Below, one piece after another: positions 33,964 to 43,669 of a stretch of 64,000 bases of DNA. Position numbers and translations under genes: made by a program. Under the pieces are notes generated by a model, which searched no databases, had not been told where the DNA came from, and worked only from the letters and a program-made list of their open reading frames with translations. Each line of letters opens with the position of its first letter. The stretch's first letter is position 1. The stretch lies in the NCBI GenBank assembly GCA_050486305.1, contig JBJHDA010000001.1:51071-115070 (forward strand), in the 5' to 3' direction. The DNA is from Candidatus Saccharimonadota bacterium (GTDB lineage Bacteria > Patescibacteriota > Saccharimonadia > Saccharimonadales > SLHW01).

Positions 33964-34716
33964 ATGCACAACGGGGATGAATTGCGATCACGATATCAAA
34001 CACGGCAACGAGCAACCGGTTCCGTCTTGCAGCATGAAAGCAATCCTGTTATTGCGTCGAAAATGCGGGCGTCACGAACTACTGACACCAGAAAACTCCA
34101 GGACCAGCGGAGCAAAAATAAAAATATAGAGAAGAAACCCCGGCAGAACTATAGAAGCGCCATACCAAAATGGGTCAGAGGCCAGTCCAAGCGTACCAAG
34201 ATTACTTTTGCTGTAGCTGCAGTGGTAGCTGGCGTCGGTGCTGTTGGAGTTGCACCTCAGTTTTTCAGGGAAGATGGACCCCAGTCACTTGGAGTAGCCA
34301 GCGAAGAGTTAGCCATACAAGATGTTCGGCCGGTAGAGGAGCTGTCTTTTGCGCCATTTTATCCGAGTGACTACGAGGACCGGGGTATCGTCTTCGCCCA
34401 GAGACAGCGGGGCGAGACGGATTATGTATCGTATACTGATGTACTTGACGGTGTGCCATTTACGGTGACGCAGCAACGTGCCACAGAGGATATAGCTGGC
34501 GGAGACATTGCTCAGCTGGAAAACCTCGGAAAATCGCTTCCAGAGCCCGCCGAACGATACTTTCGTGTCGACGACACAGTTGTATTCATAAGTTCAGACA
34601 ATAGCACCAGACAGTCGCTCATCTTTGCTAAAGAGGAGGTGCTCATTTTTGTCACAGCAGAAGAGGCAATCCGTGAATTTACGTGGGTCACCTACATAAG
34701 CAATCTTATACAATAG
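33964..34716 (+). CDS. Single-pass membrane protein, last gene of the island
   Basis: 250 aa. Basic disordered N-terminus, one TM (ITFAVAAVVAGVGAVGVAP) and an extracytoplasmic domain of about 150 aa (VPFTVTQQRA...LIFAKEEVLIFVTAEEAI). The start is uncertain, with alternative Met codons downstream. Confidence 0.6.
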   Translation: MHNGDELRSRYQTRQRATGSVLQHESNPVIASKMRASRTTDTRKLQDQRSKNKNIEKKPRQNYRSAIPKWVRGQSKRTKITFAVAAVVAGVGAVGVAPQFFREDGPQSLGVASEELAIQDVRPVEELSFAPFYPSDYEDRGIVFAQRQRGETDYVSYTDVLDGVPFTVTQQRATEDIAGGDIAQLENLGKSLPEPAERYFRVDDTVVFISSDNSTRQSLIFAKEEVLIFVTAEEAIREFTWVTYISNLIQ

Positions 34717-34761
34717 AGCTGGTATTATAAAGCTAGTACTATTATATCTATTTATAATAAA

Positions 34762-34790
34762 TACTTGCCCGAGCAAGTAACTTCTTTTTA
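34762..34790 (+). terminator. Rho-independent terminator closing the island
   Basis: TACTTGCccgaGCAAGTAacttcttttta. The core CTTGCCCGAGCAAG is the exact reverse complement of the rplU terminator core CTTGCTCGGGCAAG. Confidence 0.65.
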
Positions 34791-34973
34791 GGGATAGGAA
34801 GGTTATTGCTACTAAAAGAGGTTGTAGTGTGGAGCCAGTTTTTTCGTTTTCGGGTTGATGGAACGAGGATATCGGTGAAAGCTGTGGCTTTCCAAACGTC
34901 ATAGATATACCGCGGAGGATGAGACTATGCTACGATTAAAGGGTTACATCGAGAGGGTACTCAAACAAATATC

Positions 34974-35735
34974 ATGGAAGTAATTGCTGTATTAAATCAA
35001 AAAGGCGGGGTCGGAAAGACAACGACCGTTATTAATGTAGCTGCTTACTTGGCTAAAAAAGGTAAACGAGTGCTTATTATAGATAGTGACCCCCAAGGTA
35101 ATGCAACGAGCGGACTTGGGATTGATAAGCACTCAGTACAAAAAACAATGTACGACCTACTGATTGATCCGAATACACGACTGGAAGATACTGTACAGCC
35201 AACTGCGATAGGCAATCTTTCGCTTGTTCCAGCGAACGAAACCCTGGCTGCTGCAGAGGTAGACCTCGTTCAGACGCTCGAGCGTGAAAAGCAATTGCGC
35301 AATAGTCTTAGTTCCACAAGTCAGTATGATGTCGTGCTTATTGATTGCCCGCCTTCGCTCGGGCTCCTTACAATCAACGCTTTGACCGCGGCAAGCCACG
35401 TCATTATTCCAGTGCAAGCGGAGTACTATGCACTGGAAGGACTAGGCCAGCTGCTCGATATCGTGCAGCGGGTACGAGGCGGACTTAACCCAGGGCTTGA
35501 GCTTCTGGGTGTCGTGGTAACAATGCACGATAAACGAACGATGCTCTCAGGTCAGGTCCACGACGAACTAACCAAGCATTTTGGCGATAAATTACTAAAG
35601 GCGACTGTTCCTCGAAATATTCGCTTAGCGGAAGCGCCAAGCTACGGCATCAGTATTTTCGAGCATGACAAATGGTCAAAGGGTGCGCGATCGTATAAAT
35701 TAGTAACAGAAGAATTAATGAGGCGATTATCATGA
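34974..35735 (+). CDS. parA: Chromosome partitioning ATPase ParA/Soj
   Basis: Deviant Walker A NQKGGVGKTTT and DCPPSLG. The stop overlaps the parB start in ATGA. Confidence 0.95.
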   Translation: MEVIAVLNQKGGVGKTTTVINVAAYLAKKGKRVLIIDSDPQGNATSGLGIDKHSVQKTMYDLLIDPNTRLEDTVQPTAIGNLSLVPANETLAAAEVDLVQTLEREKQLRNSLSSTSQYDVVLIDCPPSLGLLTINALTAASHVIIPVQAEYYALEGLGQLLDIVQRVRGGLNPGLELLGVVVTMHDKRTMLSGQVHDELTKHFGDKLLKATVPRNIRLAEAPSYGISIFEHDKWSKGARSYKLVTEELMRRLS

Positions 35736-36601
35736 AAAAAACAGGACTAGGCAGAGGATTCGATTCGCTTATACCAACCAATTTTGATACCGAATTATTG
35801 ATCGATAAGGACGATAGGATACAAAAAATCGCCATCGATTCAATACATCCGAATGAGCAACAGCCGAGAAAATCATTTGATAAAGAGGCACTAAAAGAGC
35901 TAAGTGAGTCCATTGCTCGATACGGGGTATTGCAGCCGCTGATTGTCGTACCGGAGAGTGACGATACGTATATAATCGTGGCTGGTGAGCGGCGCTGGCG
36001 GGCAGCTGCGATGGCAAAATTAAAAACCGTTCCTTGTATTGTTCGAAAGCGGGAAGAGCTTGAACAACTTGAGATATCGCTAATTGAGAATGTTCAGCGG
36101 GTTGATCTTACGCCGATTGAGCAGGCGATTTCAATTGAGCGGCTGCATCAAGAGTTTAATATCTCCTATCAGGAGATCTCCAAGCGGCTCGGCAAAGCGC
36201 CAACAACTATTAATAATATTGTTCGGCTACTAGGATTACCCGAATCGGCGAGAGCTGCCTTGAATAACGGAAAAATAAGCGAAGGGCATGCCCGAGCAAT
36301 TCTCGCACTCAAGGGAAATGAAAAAGAACAAGTCAGCTTGCTCGAAAATATTATAAAGAACGCCTGGTCAGTCAGGCAGGCAGAGCAGTATGTAACGGCT
36401 GTGAAGCAGGGCGAGCAAAGTCATGGGGCTAGGCGGCGCACTGCGATAGAAAACGAGCAAACAAAGCAGTTGACGAAGACATTGAACACAAAAGTTACCC
36501 TACGGCACACCGCTAAAGGCGGAAGAATTGAACTTCACTTTACCTCTGATGACGAGTATAAGAAGCTGATAGAAAAGCTTATCTCTTTGCAGCGTTCCTA
36601 G
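35732..36601 (+). CDS. parB: Chromosome partitioning protein ParB/Spo0J
   Basis: QPR..F, the GERRWRAA CTP-binding box and an HTH (YQEISKRLGKAPTTINN). Confidence 0.95.
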   Translation: MKKTGLGRGFDSLIPTNFDTELLIDKDDRIQKIAIDSIHPNEQQPRKSFDKEALKELSESIARYGVLQPLIVVPESDDTYIIVAGERRWRAAAMAKLKTVPCIVRKREELEQLEISLIENVQRVDLTPIEQAISIERLHQEFNISYQEISKRLGKAPTTINNIVRLLGLPESARAALNNGKISEGHARAILALKGNEKEQVSLLENIIKNAWSVRQAEQYVTAVKQGEQSHGARRRTAIENEQTKQLTKTLNTKVTLRHTAKGGRIELHFTSDDEYKKLIEKLISLQRS

Positions 36602-36614
36602 GAGAGAGGAACCG

Positions 36615-37325
36615 TTAAAACGTTGTCATTTCGTTAAAAGGAAAGATACGTAGCACTAGTCGTCCGACTATTTCGTCAGACGAAACGATACCGAACGTAC
36701 GGGAGTCTAGCGAGTTGGATCGATTGTCTCCGAGCACAAACACGTAACCTTCCGGCACGGTTATATCAATATCTGTAGCACCGCCGCGCGAAGCAATGTC
36801 ATCTACGTAACCGCCCGCTTCGTCGGGATCAAAGCCATCCGGATTGTCGTCATTGAATACCGTAATCTGCCCATCAATGACAGTAACCCGATCGCCGGGC
36901 TCGCCGAGCACTCTTTTTATAAGTTGTCGTTTACCGCCAGCCACGGGATCAAATGTGCCGGTTTTTGCGAACACAATTATCTCGCCACGCTCAGGTATGT
37001 AGTCTTGCCCGGTTATTCGCGCCCAGGTCTTTCCAGTTTTCAGTACGAGAAGCCTGTCTTGATGTTGCAGCGTGTGCTCCATGCTCGGCCCATCAACTTC
37101 GTATGACTGGAACACGAACGCAATTAACAGTAATGCTACAAGGGGTGCGGTTACAAGAATGGCAATCGTAGATATGATGCTCTTTGTTCCCTCGCGTCGC
37201 TGTTTGTCTCGGCGGCTTGGTGGCGGGGGAGGCAGAGGCGAAGCATGCGCAGGAGATGGTTCGCCACTTGTGCTATGGCGGGGATTGTTTCCGGGGTAGT
37301 GGTGAGGGGTATTATCTGGTTGCAT
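36615..37325 (-). CDS. lepB: Signal peptidase I with Pro-rich cytoplasmic N-terminus
   Basis: GPSMEHTL (catalytic Ser box), RLLVLK and GDNRSNSLDSR. Confidence 0.9.
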   Translation of the reverse strand: MQPDNTPHHYPGNNPRHSTSGEPSPAHASPLPPPPPSRRDKQRREGTKSIISTIAILVTAPLVALLLIAFVFQSYEVDGPSMEHTLQHQDRLLVLKTGKTWARITGQDYIPERGEIIVFAKTGTFDPVAGGKRQLIKRVLGEPGDRVTVIDGQITVFNDDNPDGFDPDEAGGYVDDIASRGGATDIDITVPEGYVFVLGDNRSNSLDSRTFGIVSSDEIVGRLVLRIFPFNEMTTF

Positions 37326-37423
37326 ATCGTTACTTCGAACTTATATAGTATGGCAGTTGCTATAAAAGCTGCAAATTCAGTTTACGAATAAACAGCATAA
37401 ACGCTATACTATCACAGTATTTC

Positions 37424-39037
37424 ATGGACAATTTCAGACGTAGACAAACAACCGGCAAACCGAGACGATCTGTAGCTTCTACGGATGGTTTTGTCGGTGG
37501 TGCGAAACGAACGTCCGCACGAGCTCAGAGAGATAGCGCGAACATACGTAAGATTGGCGACTTTTCTCACGGCGATGGATTTCATGCCCGGGCTCGCCGA
37601 TCGATGAATCAGACTCGGCAGCCGATGCGGGATAGCAGGGGAGGCATTGCTCTTGGTGCAGCCAAGCGAAGCGCACAAAAACCGAAACGAGGAGGGTGGC
37701 ATACACGACTGCCGTTTTTACAGAAGATGCCGAAGCTCCGGACGGTAGCACTCGTATTTTTGATTGCATTTGGAAGCTACTTTATTACCTCGGCGTATTT
37801 GAAGGCACGGCAAGTGTTCCAAGGCGGCGGCGGCGCCGTAGCGCTGCAAGATAATATTGATCCATCACGTTTGAACGGAGAAGGAGATGGCCGGGTGAAT
37901 ATTCTGCTGCTTGGCAGGGATTCTGCAGGTGGCTTAACTGACACTATTATCGTCGCTAGCATTGACCCCATTCATGACGAAGCAGCTCTACTCAGCATAC
38001 CCCGTGATTTATATGTACGAACGGAAGAGCTTGGTTCTATGAAGATCAACGAAGTGTTTCCGAACGTACGAAACCAGGCAATTGTTCAGCAGGCAACCAC
38101 AAGACAGGCAGAAATCAGGGCGTATCGTGCGATTCAAGACACTGTTTCAGAGGTAACCGGTATCCCGATGCATTATTACGTTAGCATTGATTTTGAAGGG
38201 TTTCGCCGGGCGATTGATACGGTTGGCGGCGTAACCTTAGACGTTGAGGATCCGGTTTATGAGGCAATGAGCTTACAGGGGAGACGATATATACTTGATG
38301 TCAGGCCTGGTGAGGAGAAGTTTGATGGTTTGCGAGCGCTTGCTTACGTACGATCACGCAAAACAAGCCCGCGTGGCGATTACGATCGGTCCGAGCGCCA
38401 GCGTGAAATTCTGATAGGGCTGAAAAGTAAGATAATGTCGTCCGAGACACTATCAAACCCGGCCCGCATTAACGCGCTTTTCAATGATTTTGCTGACAAC
38501 GTGACCACAAGCTTTGGTCTAGACGAGTTGATGCGGCTACGAGAAATAGGCAGCAAGATTCAAGCGGACAATATTTCATCAGTAGAGCTCGTCGGCGAAG
38601 CACCCGACAATTACATTGTTTCCGGGAATATTCCTGGATTGTCTACCGAGCAGCCACGGGCTGGCCTCTATGATTACAGCGAAATACATAATTTTATAAG
38701 AAATAAGCTCCGCGACGGGTATCTCCGCAGCGAGGATGCCAAAGTGCTTGTCATAAACGGTACGCAACAGCCGGAATTAGCAAACCGGACCACAGAAGAA
38801 CTAAAATCTTATGGTTACAGCGTTGCGAGACCACAAGATGCTCCAACGAAAGACTACCGAGAGACGATTCTCGTTGACCTGACTCGAGGTGAAAAGAAAT
38901 ATACGAAGCGCTATCTCGAGCAACGAATGAAAACTTTCGCATCAACTAGTTTGCCGCGAGGCGTGACCATTGATGATGAGTCAGTCGACTTTGTTATACT
39001 AATTGGACAGAATGAAATTACTCGCCTCCAAAATTAA
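37424..39037 (+). CDS. LytR-CpsA-Psr (LCP) family cell-envelope phosphotransferase
   Basis: Basic N-terminus, one TM, then VNILLLGRDS...DTIIVASI...LSIPRDLYV...GFRRAIDTVGGVTLDV...LAYVRSRK...D..R..RQ. Confidence 0.85.
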   Translation: MDNFRRRQTTGKPRRSVASTDGFVGGAKRTSARAQRDSANIRKIGDFSHGDGFHARARRSMNQTRQPMRDSRGGIALGAAKRSAQKPKRGGWHTRLPFLQKMPKLRTVALVFLIAFGSYFITSAYLKARQVFQGGGGAVALQDNIDPSRLNGEGDGRVNILLLGRDSAGGLTDTIIVASIDPIHDEAALLSIPRDLYVRTEELGSMKINEVFPNVRNQAIVQQATTRQAEIRAYRAIQDTVSEVTGIPMHYYVSIDFEGFRRAIDTVGGVTLDVEDPVYEAMSLQGRRYILDVRPGEEKFDGLRALAYVRSRKTSPRGDYDRSERQREILIGLKSKIMSSETLSNPARINALFNDFADNVTTSFGLDELMRLREIGSKIQADNISSVELVGEAPDNYIVSGNIPGLSTEQPRAGLYDYSEIHNFIRNKLRDGYLRSEDAKVLVINGTQQPELANRTTEELKSYGYSVARPQDAPTKDYRETILVDLTRGEKKYTKRYLEQRMKTFASTSLPRGVTIDDESVDFVILIGQNEITRLQN

Positions 39038-39761
39038 GCCGGTGTTCGGATTTGCGCATGTGGCGCACATCGGGCTGTCGGCATTATTACCACTGGCTGT
39101 CTATGTTTTGGTCCGAATCGAGCTCGGGCAGGTTGCGCTGGCTATAATTTTACTTAGCAAATGGCGCATGCTTGCAGTCCAGCCGCGGTTTTGGTGGGCA
39201 CATATACGTGTAAACGCGGTTGATATCATTGTAGGGCTTTCGATTTTGGCGTTCATGGTGAATATTCAGATCGTCTCATGGCAGCTTATGTTCACAGGTA
39301 TATACGTGCTGTGGCTTATTTTCTTAAAGCCGCGGAATGATATTTTGAGTGTTTCAATGCAGGCGTTTGTCGCGCATATTTTTGGATTAAGCGCACTATA
39401 TATAGTCTGGAAAGATGCATCGCTGGCGACCCTGGTTATCGGAACATGGTTTGTCGCCTACATCACCGCACGGCACTTTTTCACGAGTTTTGAGGAGCAG
39501 TACACTCCACTGTTTGCCCACTTTTGGGGATATTTTTCTGCTACGTTAACGTGGATACTTGGCCACTACTTATTGTTTTATAATGTATTAGCGCAGCCGA
39601 CACTGCTATTAACGGTCATTGGCTACGGTCTCGGTGCGCTCTACTATCTGGATCATAAGGATAGGCTATCGAAGCTAGTACGGAGGGAATTCATTTTTGT
39701 AATGGTTGCGGTTATACTGATTATTCTCATTCAGGCGGATTGGACCGACAAAGCTATTTGA
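39012..39761 (+). CDS. Polytopic membrane protein, unknown function
   Basis: About 7 hydrophobic helices. The track start is TTG 39003; the ATG at 39012 (MKLLASK) is preferred. It overlaps the end of the LCP gene, which suggests co-translation. Confidence 0.6.
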   Translation: MKLLASKIKPVFGFAHVAHIGLSALLPLAVYVLVRIELGQVALAIILLSKWRMLAVQPRFWWAHIRVNAVDIIVGLSILAFMVNIQIVSWQLMFTGIYVLWLIFLKPRNDILSVSMQAFVAHIFGLSALYIVWKDASLATLVIGTWFVAYITARHFFTSFEEQYTPLFAHFWGYFSATLTWILGHYLLFYNVLAQPTLLLTVIGYGLGALYYLDHKDRLSKLVRREFIFVMVAVILIILIQADWTDKAI

Positions 39762-39787
39762 TATAAATTGCAAGGACGGGAGGGCGT

Positions 39788-40987
39788 GTGCCACAGAAAG
39801 ACACTAAGCGTAAGAAGCAACTTGAAGCAGGACAAACGGCGTATACAAGTATGGTGCCGGCGCGGGTTGCTATCGCTGCGTTACTGCTTGCAGTGTTAGC
39901 TGGTTTTGGTGGCGGCTGGCTTGGTGCGGATCATTATCAGGAGCAACAACGTTCAAGCGGCGATACGATTGTTACTGAAGAAAGCCAGCTAATAAGTGAG
40001 CTCGTGAAAGAAGTTGGTCCGAGTGTTGTGTCGGTAAATGTTCTTTCTTCGCAGCTAGACGATGACTTTTTCTTTGGGTTTGGCCCAGCGACAGAGCGCG
40101 AACGTCAAAGTGCTGGTACCGGTGTGATATTGAGCGAGGACGGGGTGGTGATAACGAACCGGCACGTTATTCCGGAAGGCACAACAAGCGTGACGTTGAC
40201 GTTGTCTGACGGCACGGAGCTAGACGATATTGACATAATTGGCCGAACGAACCAGGGTGATGCCCTTGATGTGGCATTTTTAAGGATAAACGATACACGT
40301 AACAGAGAAATTGTTCCGGCGAAACTAGGCAGCTCTGTTGATGCCGAGGTAGGGGAACGGGTAATCGCTATCGGAAATGCGCTTGGCCGGTTTGATAACA
40401 CCGTTACGAGCGGGATAATTTCTGGCTTTGGCAGAGATGTACTGGCCCACGGCGAAGGCAGCGTCGACACGCTTCAGAATCTTATACAAACAGATGCGGC
40501 GATCAATCAAGGAAATTCTGGAGGGCCACTTGTAAACGGGCGAGGTGAAGTTATCGGAATTAACACGGCAGTTGCTGGCGGCGGTGCAGAAGGTATTGGC
40601 TTTGCGTTGCCGATTGATGACTTGAAGGGCCTGATAGCCGGCGTACTTGATACCGGTGAGCTGCAGCGCCCATATCTTGGCATCCGGTTCGTTATGCTGA
40701 ACGAAGATTATGCGTATCAAGTAAATCTCGAGCAGACCACCGGAGCGTATTTGGCTCCAGGTACCGCCCGAGAGCCAGCAGTACTTCCAGACAGCCCGGC
40801 TGATAATGCAGGCCTCAGAGAAAAGGACATCATTACTCATGTTGATGGGGCCGAGGTAGACGGCAATAATAGCTTGACGTCGCTCGTTGCCAGGAACCAG
40901 GTAGGAGAAACCGTAACACTTACGGTGGTTAGAGACGGCGAGGAGATGACCATAGACGTAACACTTGAAGCTATGCCGGATAGGTAA
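39788..40987 (+). CDS. htrA: HtrA/DegP-family serine protease with PDZ domain
   Basis: Catalytic triad context TNRHVI, DVAFLRI and GNSGGPL, with a C-terminal PDZ. GTG start with a GGGAGGG RBS. Confidence 0.9.
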   Translation: MPQKDTKRKKQLEAGQTAYTSMVPARVAIAALLLAVLAGFGGGWLGADHYQEQQRSSGDTIVTEESQLISELVKEVGPSVVSVNVLSSQLDDDFFFGFGPATERERQSAGTGVILSEDGVVITNRHVIPEGTTSVTLTLSDGTELDDIDIIGRTNQGDALDVAFLRINDTRNREIVPAKLGSSVDAEVGERVIAIGNALGRFDNTVTSGIISGFGRDVLAHGEGSVDTLQNLIQTDAAINQGNSGGPLVNGRGEVIGINTAVAGGGAEGIGFALPIDDLKGLIAGVLDTGELQRPYLGIRFVMLNEDYAYQVNLEQTTGAYLAPGTAREPAVLPDSPADNAGLREKDIITHVDGAEVDGNNSLTSLVARNQVGETVTLTVVRDGEEMTIDVTLEAMPDR

Positions 40988-41044
40988 CGATTTTGGTTTT
41001 GCGAATCAGCTTGCTTGTTACCCGTTCTCTTTTACAGAAAGGCT

Positions 41045-41878
41045 TTATTTACTGGTAAAAATCTGTATGAGGTCATCACTCAGCTGCTCTAGGTAACCAG
41101 CTTGCTGTGCAATAGTTCGGAGCTCTGCGTGTTGAAAGGGGAGCGCTTCCGTATAAACAGCCTGCACGGTCATCGGCAGATCCAAAAGCTGACGGAATAG
41201 TGCTCGATAATAGTCTAGCCCGTCGGTTCCACCGAAGATTGCATGTCTTGGCTCAAATTCAGCAGCCGAGTTAAGCCGATAGCTATCGGGGACATACGGG
41301 AGGTTTGCCAGTACGATAACTTGTGAATCGTGCAGCTTTAGTGACGATATGGGCATGAGAAGGTCACCGTGGAGCAGCTGAACTGAGGCTCCTAATGTCG
41401 TAGCGTTTTTTTGTGCTGTATTGAGGCACTTTTTATCTATGTCAATCCCGATTACTTCGGCTTCGGGGAGCTCCAACTTTACGGTTATCGCAATGCAGCC
41501 ACTGCCCGTTCCAACGTCTACGATTGTCAGGTTGCCACTGCTTTGTTCATTGGCAACACGCTGGAGAAAGAGCTCAACCATTGTTTCGGTCTCTGGCCGT
41601 GGCTCCAGCGTATGCGCGTTAACATTAAATTGCCGGCCGTAGAATTCACTTTTTCCTCTTATATAAGCGAGTGGCTCGTGATGCATACGGCGCGTTATCT
41701 GTGCATCGAGCTGCTTTACGAAAGCAGCATTAAGCAAAAAGTCAGGATGAGCGAGTAGCCAGCCTCTCGTTTTGCCGGTCAGATCTTCAAGCAGGACGAG
41801 ACAGTCCAGTCGGGCGGTTGGCACACCTGCTCCTGCAAGTACTTTACTGTTTTGTTCGAGCCACAGCTTAAGCTTCAT
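41045..41878 (-). CDS. prmC: Release-factor glutamine N5-methyltransferase PrmC/HemK
   Basis: SAM motif [11 protein letters not shown]. The catalytic motif is NLPY (ANLPYVP) rather than the canonical NPPY. It overlaps prfA by 11 nt. Confidence 0.85.
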   Translation of the reverse strand: MKLKLWLEQNSKVLAGAGVPTARLDCLVLLEDLTGKTRGWLLAHPDFLLNAAFVKQLDAQITRRMHHEPLAYIRGKSEFYGRQFNVNAHTLEPRPETETMVELFLQRVANEQSSGNLTIVDVGTGSGCIAITVKLELPEAEVIGIDIDKKCLNTAQKNATTLGASVQLLHGDLLMPISSLKLHDSQVIVLANLPYVPDSYRLNSAAEFEPRHAIFGGTDGLDYYRALFRQLLDLPMTVQAVYTEALPFQHAELRTIAQQAGYLEQLSDDLIQIFTSK

Positions 41879-42926
41879 TACTGATCAGCTCGCGATCAAA
41901 GGCTTGGAGCTTTTCAATCAAATCGTCGATGTCGCCATCGAGCGCAGCGGGGATATTACTTCTTGAGTAGCCGATGCGGTGGTCGGTGATGCGATCTTGC
42001 GGAAAGTTATAGGTTCTGATTTTTTCTGCACGGTCACCTGAACCAATAAGTTTTCGTCGCGCGTCAGAGAGCTCTTTTTGCTCTTCCTCAATCTTCTGTT
42101 GTAGCAAACGGGCACGGAGGACGCCCAGCGCTTTCTCCTTGTTTTTTATCTGGCTTTTTTCATCTTGACATGTCACCACGATACCAGTGGGAACGTGAGT
42201 AATACGTACGGCTGAATCAGTCGTGTTAACTGATTGTCCGCCTTTTCCGCTGCTTCGATAAACATCGATACGGAGTTCATTTTGGTCTAGTTCGATGTCG
42301 GTTTCCTCAGCCTCTGGCATCACGGCAACGGTAACGGTACTGGTATGTATTCTGCCTTGGCTTTCGGTGGTTGGGATTCGCTGCACACGGTGTACACCGG
42401 CTTCAAATTTAAGCATGTAATACGGGCTGTCACCGCGTACAGAGAAAGAGATTTCTTTAAATCCGCCGGCTTCGCTTGGGCTTTCTTGTATGAGCCCTAG
42501 TTTGTAATTGTGGTTTTCTGCCCACCTGGTGTACATGCGGTATAAGTCCCCGGCGAAAAGACTGGCCTCGTCGCCGCCTGCTGCCGCTCTTATCTCAATA
42601 ATGATATCTTTATCATCGTTCGGATCCTTCGGAGTTAACGCCTCTTCGAGTTTTGCATTCGTCTTTTCAATGCTATCTCGGAGCTCTTCCAGCTCAACTT
42701 GTGCCATCTCGGCCAGATCGCCAGACTCTTCTTGGGCTATTGTTTTTGATTGGTCGTACGCGCGCTGTAGTTTCGTAAGTTCAGCAAAAAGCGCCAGCGT
42801 TTCCTCTAGATACTTCTGACGTTTCGCCAGCTTCGGGTATTTCGCAGTGGAAAAAACAGCTGGATCTTCAAGCTGCTTTTGTATGTCTGCTAATTCGTTC
42901 TTAAGTGCTGCTTCTTTTTCGTTCAT
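41868..42926 (-). CDS. prfA: Peptide chain release factor 1
   Basis: [14 protein letters not shown] (PxT type) and [16 protein letters not shown] (GGQ). The track start GTG 42959 lies inside the rpmE terminator hairpin, so ATG 42926 (MNEKEAALK) is preferred. Confidence 0.9.
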   Translation of the reverse strand: MNEKEAALKNELADIQKQLEDPAVFSTAKYPKLAKRQKYLEETLALFAELTKLQRAYDQSKTIAQEESGDLAEMAQVELEELRDSIEKTNAKLEEALTPKDPNDDKDIIIEIRAAAGGDEASLFAGDLYRMYTRWAENHNYKLGLIQESPSEAGGFKEISFSVRGDSPYYMLKFEAGVHRVQRIPTTESQGRIHTSTVTVAVMPEAEETDIELDQNELRIDVYRSSGKGGQSVNTTDSAVRITHVPTGIVVTCQDEKSQIKNKEKALGVLRARLLQQKIEEEQKELSDARRKLIGSGDRAEKIRTYNFPQDRITDHRIGYSRSNIPAALDGDIDDLIEKLQAFDRELISNEA

Positions 42927-42949
42927 ATGTTTGCATCTCTCACTATAAA

Positions 42950-42987
42950 TTAAAAACACGGCTACTCCTAGGGGATGTTAGCCGTGT
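42950..42987 (-). terminator. Rho-independent terminator after rpmE (minus strand)
   Basis: Minus-strand reading: ACACGGCTAacatcccctaggagTAGCCGTGTttttaattt. 9-bp stem plus a T-run. Confidence 0.6.
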
Positions 42988-43000
42988 GTTAGCAGTCTTG

Positions 43001-43354
43001 TTATTTCTTATCTTGTTTGAGTGTGCCGATTTTTTGAGCTGCTTCTTTTTTTGCAGGCTTTTCTTCAGCAGCTTTTGGTTTGCTCGATTTCTTCTTAGCG
43101 GTGTGAGCCTTGGCAGCTTCGCGTCGCGCTTTAAACTTATCAACCCGGCCTTCCACGTCCATAAGCTTTTCTTGTCCGGTGTAAAAGGGATGTGAGCTGC
43201 TTGAAATATGGACTTGCACAAGCGGGTATTCAATACCGTCAATCGTTATCTTTTCTTCCGCTTTCACCGTTGAACGGGTGACGAACGTTGTTTTATCGTT
43301 TATGTCCTGGAATGCTACCGGACGATAATTGTCTGGGTGAATATCTTTTTTCAT
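43001..43354 (-). CDS. rpmE: 50S ribosomal protein bL31 (type B, no CxxC) with a K-rich C-terminal extension of about 45 aa
   Basis: MKKDIHPDNYRPV...SSSHPFYTG followed by KFKARREAAKAHTAKKKSSKPKAAEEKPAKKEAAQKIGTLKQDKK. Confidence 0.9.
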   Translation of the reverse strand: MKKDIHPDNYRPVAFQDINDKTTFVTRSTVKAEEKITIDGIEYPLVQVHISSSSHPFYTGQEKLMDVEGRVDKFKARREAAKAHTAKKKSSKPKAAEEKPAKKEAAQKIGTLKQDKK

Positions 43355-43669
43355 ATGGATGAAACCTTCTTTATGAGCGTATCTTTATAATTTTGGTTCA
43401 TCGGTTAGCAGCGTGCTCAGGGTCTGCAGGCGACGGCTGTTTCCTTACGAAGGCATTATGTCTCCGGTACGGAATGTAAGCTTAGGAAAACCAAGTCGCT
43501 ATTGTAGCGATGAATCTGTCTATTGTCAATCTGATTGCTATCTGGTACTATGTTACGGTCAAAAAGAAGCAGTCGGGATGGTAACGTCCTCCACGCTCTA
43601 GGCATCACTCGACGCCGAGCGAAGGTAACCCGACGGTGATTAAAGGATGTGTAAAGGAGTAATACACGT

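Noticed and set aside
12436-34790. The island as a prophage or phage remnant, because of the tail-fibre, tailspike and S74 modules.
   Set aside because: There is no integrase, terminase, capsid, portal, tape-measure, baseplate or lysis gene and no flanking tRNA. All three giants carry N-terminal export/anchor helices, which are not typical of virion fibres. An ancient phage origin of the modules remains possible.
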